DNA from: Raja brachyura | Lineage: Eukaryota | Assembly (NCBI GenBank): GCA_963514005.1 | Contig: OY740807.1 | Coordinates: forward strand, 18,972,001 to 19,036,000 | DNA length: 64,000 bases | Direction: 5' to 3' | Shown: positions 63,501 through 64,000 of the stretch, piece after piece | Numbering within the stretch: position 1 is the stretch's first letter | Layout: every line of letters begins with the position of its first letter | The notes under the pieces: model-generated | Told to the model about the DNA's origin: nothing | Seen by the model: only the letters and a program-made list of their open reading frames with translations | The model's database searches: none | Made by a program: the position numbers and the translations under genes

Positions 63501-64000
63501 AGGGTTAAAAGTGGAGCCAAACCATCGGCATATTTGCTGCATCCAGTAGAAAATGGTCAGGTTCAGAACTCTGACAGATTTACTTGGAATCTAGACTTTT
63601 CTGTATAGATACATTGACTTAAAGGGACTTCAAAAAACTGGAGTGTTGAGTGAGTTATTCAGAACTCTTCTTTTATGAGACTGAACATGATCAGCGCACA
63701 ATATGTTCAGTCAATAGAGTTAATGAAAACTAAGGAAAGCGGCAAATTTCCAATAATCATAGAACCAGAACCCTGGTATTCTCTAATGTACACTAAAGCA
63801 TGGAAATGCTTAAGATATTTTATCCTTATGAGTTTCTTCATTAAATTCAAAACATCACAATTGCTTTTTTTTAAATCAAGATAACTGTGCATTTCAACAT
63901 CATCCTAGAGATATATGGATATTTATATTATATAATTCCACTTGAAGATCCAACATCTTACCATTCTTTTTCTCTAACAACTGCTTCAGGCTATCCTTCA
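36..64000 (-). CDS. ZZEF1: ZZEF1 gene, partial: 37 coding exons (roughly exons 3-39 by human numbering); start and stop lie outside the window
   Basis: Hand-spliced exons translate colinearly with recalled human ZZEF1 (e.g. DKMTNGETTSYWQSDGS, ISCDGCHKIAPWHRYRCLQC, CDHCQGLIIGRRINCNVCDDFDLC). All junctions are GT-AG with matching phases; 6060 nt without a stop. Confidence 0.97.
795..951 (+). mobile_element. CR1-type LINE 3' end
   Basis: RELDRAL-type coding end plus 3' UTR gatcagccatgatcacattgaatggcggtgctggctcgaagggcc, repeated many times in the window. Confidence 0.8.
1380..1481 (-). CDS. ZZEF1: ZZEF1 exon (ESTAADDQREILSD...EKIQKK)
   Basis: catcttcag acceptor, gtaagt donor; phase 0-0. Confidence 0.8.
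2036..2192 (-). mobile_element. LINE 3' UTR fragment (Rex1/L2-like tail)
   Basis: ttttcactgtacctcggtacacacgacaataaactaaactgaac tail; similar tail near 24100. Confidence 0.5.
2805..3170 (-). mobile_element. Rex1/Babar-type LINE 3' fragment
   Basis: ILDNIAHPLH...RCRAERHRRAFFPVATKLYN C-terminal motif and aataaa tail. Confidence 0.8.
3400..4300 (+). mobile_element. Decayed CR1 LINE, RT C-terminus and 3' UTR
   Basis: KCEVLHFG and LHKTLVRSHLEY..QF.SPHY.KDV..LE..QKRF motifs with frameshifts. Confidence 0.85.
4415..4551 (-). CDS. ZZEF1: ZZEF1 exon (SLKNSAVLSLLSNASSESE...SNQRQ)
   Basis: ggcccag acceptor, gtcagc donor; divergent but phase-compatible. Confidence 0.8.
5095..5637 (+). mobile_element. 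Rex1/Babar-type LINE 3' fragment
   Basis: RKRLQKVVNTAQSII...IIKDPHHPSH..LLPSGRRYRS...NSYFPTAIRLLN and a gacttt repeat tail. Confidence 0.85.
5779..6020. mobile_element. Penelope-like terminus fold-back element
   Basis: Inverted arms of the ggaactgcagatgctgg...cttcagactga family; hammerhead-like CTGAGGA...GAAACATC at 5936-5963. Confidence 0.75.
6110..6378 (-). mobile_element. tRNA-derived V-SINE (HE1-like) with CR1 tail
   Basis: cagcgccagagacccggg head, gggttttctccaggtactctggtttcctccc core; second copy at about 6400-6595. Confidence 0.75.
6656..6918 (-). CDS. ZZEF1: ZZEF1 exon (HLPTHSITVFPMVTIRISDR...LIKAHQGK)
   Basis: ccttgcag acceptor, gtaaac donor. Confidence 0.96.
8304..8469 (-). CDS. 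ZZEF1: ZZEF1 exon, ZZ zinc finger 2 (CDHCQGLIIGRRINCNVCDDFDLCYGC)
   Basis: ccctttag acceptor, gtaacc donor. Confidence 0.97.
9230..9368 (-). CDS. ZZEF1: ZZEF1 exon, ZZ zinc finger 1 (CDGC...RYRCLQC.DMDLCKTC)
   Basis: CxxC pattern of ZZ domain; gatag acceptor, gtaaaa donor. Confidence 0.97.
9796..9928 (-). CDS. ZZEF1: ZZEF1 exon (QWSEEDEIAD...EWMDECQDG...EEKRR)
   Basis: tatttag acceptor, gtaagt donor. Confidence 0.94.
10287..10445 (+). mobile_element. CR1-type LINE 3' end
   Basis: FKRELGRALGASGIKGYGEK coding end plus family 3' UTR. Confidence 0.8.
10569..10730 (-). CDS. ZZEF1: ZZEF1 exon (SLLPALSCVQTCLLHLLDIGWEP...SQENISIHDSAI)
   Basis: cctttag acceptor, gtgagt donor. Confidence 0.95.
12299..12418 (-). 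CDS. ZZEF1: ZZEF1 exon (YHQQLEGCGKGLWHELRQTYHNLVL...)
   Basis: gtttccag acceptor, gtaagt donor. Confidence 0.92.
12830..13365 (+). mobile_element. Internally deleted CR1 LINE (endonuclease head joined to RT tail and 3' UTR)
   Basis: NVRSIRNKVDELEAQ...ITETWL followed directly by KIIKGLD...FTQRVVNLWNSLP. Confidence 0.8.
14055..14263. mobile_element. Penelope-like terminus fold-back element with 16-bp TSD
   Basis: Inverted arms; GTAACATCTGAAGGAG at 14039-14054 and 14264-14279; hammerhead-like core from 14179. Confidence 0.85.
16555..16719 (-). CDS. ZZEF1: ZZEF1 exon (VLQVLSLRKAQAKNI...LTCQKELI)
   Basis: cttttgcag acceptor, gtatgg donor. Confidence 0.93.
17279..17497. mobile_element. Penelope-like terminus fold-back element with 12-bp TSD
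   Basis: AGTCAAGACTAG at 17267-17278 and 17500-17511; inverted arms. Confidence 0.85.
18904..19411 (-). CDS. ZZEF1: ZZEF1 large exon (NENWIGKSLLLLNF...FNKGRLRLLSLKSMEE...KYPILK)
   Basis: ttttctag acceptor, gtaagc donor; overlaps ORF 18900..19385. Confidence 0.95.
20240..20580 (-). mobile_element. Rex1/Babar-type LINE 3' fragment
   Basis: IIRDPHHSGH..LPSGRRYGSLK..RFRNNYFPTAIRLLN; same family as 5095-5637. Confidence 0.85.
21056..21140 (-). CDS. ZZEF1: ZZEF1 exon (MERKQKYVMMISDKEE...SPENI)
   Basis: cccttaataag acceptor, gtgagt donor. Confidence 0.86.
23439..23518 (-). CDS. ZZEF1: ZZEF1 exon (VASGGTTGFHDEIAEVYALAEEMKTWI)
   Basis: tctatag acceptor, gtaagt donor. Confidence 0.9.
25395..25638 (-). 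CDS. ZZEF1: ZZEF1 exon (SKNDVQKFL...VDQAVNAVFAAMMYHSPDL...RTY)
   Basis: ggtcgcag acceptor, gtaaat donor. Confidence 0.9.
25795..26480 (+). mobile_element. L2-clade LINE 3' fragment
   Basis: SSRLDYCNSL...LQLVQNAAARL...DHITPILASLHWLPV motifs; gtaaagcactttg...tataaataaa tail. Confidence 0.88.
27658..27809 (-). CDS. ZZEF1: ZZEF1 exon (GLFPPPELP...LWKPILRHG...AEAEL)
   Basis: ttctgtgaag acceptor, gtaact donor; LWKP motif. Confidence 0.85.
28751..29601 (+). mobile_element. 5'-truncated Vingi/Ingi-like non-LTR retrotransposon with 11-bp TSD
   Basis: ARNNLLRCLAG, MRLITGCLRSTP, W.ALNRLRTG.GRF, C.CG...QT..H...C motifs; GAA-repeat tail; ATAGCCAAATA at 28740-28750 and 29602-29612. Confidence 0.8.
29755..30016 (-). 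mobile_element. tRNA-derived V-SINE (HE1-like)
   Basis: gggcggcacagcggcagagttgct head and V-core; CR1-like tail. Confidence 0.7.
30239..30440 (-). CDS. ZZEF1: ZZEF1 exon (SLTFKSGPRLQFLFHSDNCNNEWGYKF...LNSTC)
   Basis: ttttgcag acceptor, gtaagt donor. Confidence 0.95.
30538..30716. mobile_element. Penelope-like terminus fold-back element with 13-bp TSD
   Basis: TATTGATCCTTAG at 30525-30537 and 30717-30729; near-perfect inverted arms. Confidence 0.85.
30978..31059 (-). CDS. ZZEF1: ZZEF1 exon, CUB-like region (YDYLEFTDSRGVKVRYDGKVGTEKWPT)
   Basis: ctttgccag acceptor, gtaagt donor. Confidence 0.95.
31812..32550 (+). mobile_element. Unclassified CpG-rich retroposon-like insertion inside an old CR1 fragment
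   Basis: Abrupt GC/CpG-rich block ending in ctaataaagtatgattat tail; flanks rejoin as decayed CR1-like sequence. Confidence 0.55.
33440..33655 (+). mobile_element. Decayed RTE-clade LINE 3' end
   Basis: Remnant of C-terminal TCG..C....DLISHLKMHR zinc-finger-like motif. Confidence 0.5.
34515..34684 (-). CDS. ZZEF1: ZZEF1 exon, CUB-like region (ESTHNYENNSH...FEVEFDEKCETEKR)
   Basis: taatag acceptor, gtattg donor. Confidence 0.94.
34796..34918 (-). CDS. ZZEF1: ZZEF1 exon (VIFILELSNLEIPHCGLL...DFNK)
   Basis: ttgttgcag acceptor, gtagcg donor. Confidence 0.92.
35353..35474 (-). CDS. ZZEF1: ZZEF1 exon (YVKRHISS...SFLAMATRQL)
   Basis: ccaacag acceptor, gtgagt donor. Confidence 0.9.
35618..36005 (+). 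mobile_element. CR1 LINE 3' fragment
   Basis: RMRGNLIEIY...NLWNSLPQRAVEADSLDAFKKELDRAL plus 3' UTR. Confidence 0.85.
37614..37996. mobile_element. Non-autonomous hAT-like DNA transposon (MITE)
   Basis: TIRs CAGAGCCGGATTTA / TAAATCCGGCACTG; 8-bp flanks CTTAATTA / CTTAATTC; interrupts a CR1 3' UTR. Confidence 0.8.
38154..38313 (-). CDS. ZZEF1: ZZEF1 exon (CESMAV...LQGHLLSWCYLQLK...ILLN)
   Basis: ttttaag acceptor, gtacgt donor. Confidence 0.92.
38880..38947. repeat. AT-rich minisatellite (tagacatttata unit)
   Basis: About five degenerate tandem copies visible. Confidence 0.7.
39245..39416. mobile_element. Partial Harbinger-like MITE joined to a SINE head
   Basis: Ends in AAGTAGGACAGGCCCT followed by TTA, related to the TIR at 52358; preceded by a V-SINE 5' part (about 39140-39245). 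Confidence 0.55.
40410..40524 (-). CDS. ZZEF1: ZZEF1 exon (NQDPSGLLQLP...MDTLLLVATRE)
   Basis: ggttcag acceptor, gtaaga donor. Confidence 0.93.
41606..41676 (-). CDS. ZZEF1: ZZEF1 exon (ETITEPSQPHSTTITFQSLCHYFS)
   Basis: tttgcag acceptor, gtgag donor; preceded by an 87-nt intron. Confidence 0.9.
41764..41894 (-). CDS. ZZEF1: ZZEF1 exon (VVDGEK...ILRGAAIFFPDVNTRRNQLFKMM)
   Basis: AAGCAGTAG tandem acceptor, gtaagg donor. Confidence 0.92.
42577..42758 (-). CDS. ZZEF1: ZZEF1 exon (ECLQAQTILLQLLQNC...DLYVYLCE)
   Basis: cccctcag acceptor, gtaatg donor. Confidence 0.93.
43042..43142 (-). CDS. ZZEF1: ZZEF1 exon (AELKERKLKKKPYLDFSDLNLQLFWNFYKKF)
   Basis: cttatag acceptor, gtaagt donor. Confidence 0.92.
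43360..43632 (-). mobile_element. tRNA-derived V-SINE (HE1-like)
   Basis: ggtggcgcagcagtagagttactgcc head, V-core, CR1-like tail. Confidence 0.75.
44015..44244. mobile_element. Penelope-like terminus fold-back element with 14-bp TSD
   Basis: ACTTAATT(G/T)ATGCC at 44001-44014 and 44245-44258; hammerhead-like core from 44118. Confidence 0.85.
45147..45500 (-). mobile_element. Short non-autonomous RTE-related retroposon with 11-bp TSD, nested in an old CR1 ORF2 fragment
   Basis: TTCTCTTA(T/C)TA at 45136-45146 and 45501-45511; ctaggagagggaaaactctga 5' motif; ACT-repeat tail. Confidence 0.65.
45898..46285 (-). mobile_element. Penelope-like element 3' fragment: GIY-YIG endonuclease C-terminus, 3' UTR and hammerhead-bearing terminus
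   Basis: Translates PDLPVAQHFNS...LGLLHCQSEAQCKLEKQHLIFCLGSLHPSGMNIDLSNFK-stop, then CTGAAGAAGGGTCTCGACCC. Confidence 0.85.
47407..47613 (-). CDS. ZZEF1: ZZEF1 exon (YLMVKFLCPRQE...FIQQLTQDA)
   Basis: actacag acceptor, gtaagt donor. Confidence 0.94.
47872..47904 (-). ncRNA. Minimal type I hammerhead ribozyme motif (Penelope-associated), core intact
   Basis: AGT CTGAAGA A GGGT gccg ACCT GAAA T GTC ACT on the minus strand. Confidence 0.6.
47930..48102 (+). mobile_element. CR1 LINE 3' end
   Basis: IFKRELDVALVAKGI coding end plus family 3' UTR. Confidence 0.8.
49916..50027 (-). CDS. ZZEF1: ZZEF1 exon (DDPVGWFELEDEWNETEVKL)
   Basis: ttcattag acceptor, gtaagg donor. Confidence 0.93.
52124..52272 (-). 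CDS. ZZEF1: ZZEF1 exon (VHNGAKGAKCGLVFAYN...EFRQFVKER)
   Basis: cctaccag acceptor, gtgagg donor. Confidence 0.94.
52358..52821. mobile_element. Fold-back MITE, Harbinger/PIF-like
   Basis: About 68-bp TIRs starting TGCCCCTGTCCCACTTAGGAAAC; TTA/TTG flanks; inner inverted repeat of about 80 bp. Confidence 0.8.
53479..53730. mobile_element. Second, internally deleted copy of the same MITE inserted in a CR1 3' UTR
   Basis: Same TIRs (CCCCTGTCCCACTTAGGAAAC / ATAAGTGGGACAGGGGCA) followed by TAA. Confidence 0.8.
54112..54203 (-). CDS. ZZEF1: ZZEF1 exon (GFLSEAGHTRASFILS...TQIRVK)
   Basis: attgcag acceptor, gtgagt donor. Confidence 0.92.
54588..54689 (-). CDS. ZZEF1: ZZEF1 exon (GKLLQLTVEACDAK...LLGD)
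   Basis: tttttgcag acceptor, gtaaac donor. Confidence 0.9.
54928..55408 (+). mobile_element. Penelope-like element 3' fragment with GIY-YIG remnant and hammerhead-bearing terminus
   Basis: LGDCFVEHLRS...PDLPVVKHFNSPS...LGLLHCQSEAKRK remnant; CTGAAGAAGGGTCTCACTCTGAAACGTC at 55294-55321. Confidence 0.8.
56378..56556 (-). CDS. ZZEF1: ZZEF1 exon (CCASPEAELTLLAFALARGSVAKV...QLHKY)
   Basis: cactgcag acceptor, gtaagc donor. Confidence 0.95.
57024..57140 (-). CDS. ZZEF1: ZZEF1 exon (KALQHMPPLSLTAGS...VDSFLIRIAG)
   Basis: cttcctcag acceptor, gtaatt donor. Confidence 0.94.
57298..57508 (-). CDS. ZZEF1: ZZEF1 exon, end of DOC domain (VQINIKRCHGDGCDTRIHGL...YVLQVTQ)
   Basis: aataag acceptor, gtaagt donor; DGCDTRIHGL motif. 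Confidence 0.93.
57797..57935 (-). mobile_element. Penelope-like terminus insertion with 13-bp TSD and hammerhead motif
   Basis: TATG(C/T)GATGTATA at 57784-57796 and 57936-57948; minus strand reads CTGAAGAAGGATCTCGACCCGAAACATC. Confidence 0.8.
59379..59578 (-). CDS. ZZEF1: ZZEF1 exon, DOC/APC10 domain (LRLKPDVVLKHVSIAV...LLENASIIHP)
   Basis: ttttgcag acceptor, gtaat donor; overlaps ORF 59260..59556. Confidence 0.95.
59870..60820 (-). mobile_element. Decayed CR1 3' fragment interrupted by two tandem Penelope-like termini (about 60415-60541 and 60660-60778, plus strand)
   Basis: CR1 LYMTLVRSHL..VQFWSP motif on the minus strand; Penelope terminus sequence twice in direct orientation. Confidence 0.7.
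61018..61201 (-). CDS. ZZEF1: ZZEF1 exon, start of DOC/APC10 domain (ELDKLKVVTKCYATLEASSNSTDVDKMTNGETTSYWQSDGSSCSHWIR)
   Basis: Acceptor ttctcacag, donor gtgaa; an alternative in-frame acceptor would start the exon at 61177. Confidence 0.92.
63962..64000 (-). CDS. ZZEF1: ZZEF1 exon, cut by window edge (KDSLKQLLEKKN)
   Basis: Donor G|GTAAG at 63961; resembles human VKESLDQLVQKEK; phase 1 fits the next exon. Confidence 0.85.

Noticed and set aside
1-64000. Prokaryotic-type systems (CRISPR, operons, defence loci) or a nested second gene
   Set aside because: The sequence is a spliced vertebrate gene with TE-rich introns; no repeat-spacer array or plus-strand exon chain was found

Overview
Eukaryotic genomic DNA, very probably from a cartilaginous fish (skate/ray, inferred from the repeat families: HE1-like V-SINEs, CR1, Rex1, Penelope). 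The whole window lies inside one minus-strand gene, ZZEF1 (ZZ-type zinc finger and EF-hand domain protein 1). I traced 37 coding exons by hand, the first cut by the window edge. All introns are GT-AG, the phases are compatible, and the exons give 6060 nt of uninterrupted frame covering the DOC/APC10 domain, a CUB-like region, both ZZ zinc fingers and an expanded Ser/Thr-rich exon. The introns are packed with transposon remnants: CR1, Rex1/Babar, L2, RTE, Vingi-like and Penelope-like retroelements, tRNA-derived SINEs, and hAT- and Harbinger-like MITEs, several nested and with readable target-site duplications (TSDs). The most notable non-coding signal is a family of short (about 140-230 bp) fold-back insertions with 12-16 bp TSDs. 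They are built from Penelope-like termini carrying minimal hammerhead ribozyme cores (CTGAAGA-stem-GAAAC-GTC), some on the ZZEF1 pre-mRNA strand. No rRNA, bona fide tRNA gene or CRISPR array was seen. Family assignments come from recalled motifs, not database searches.
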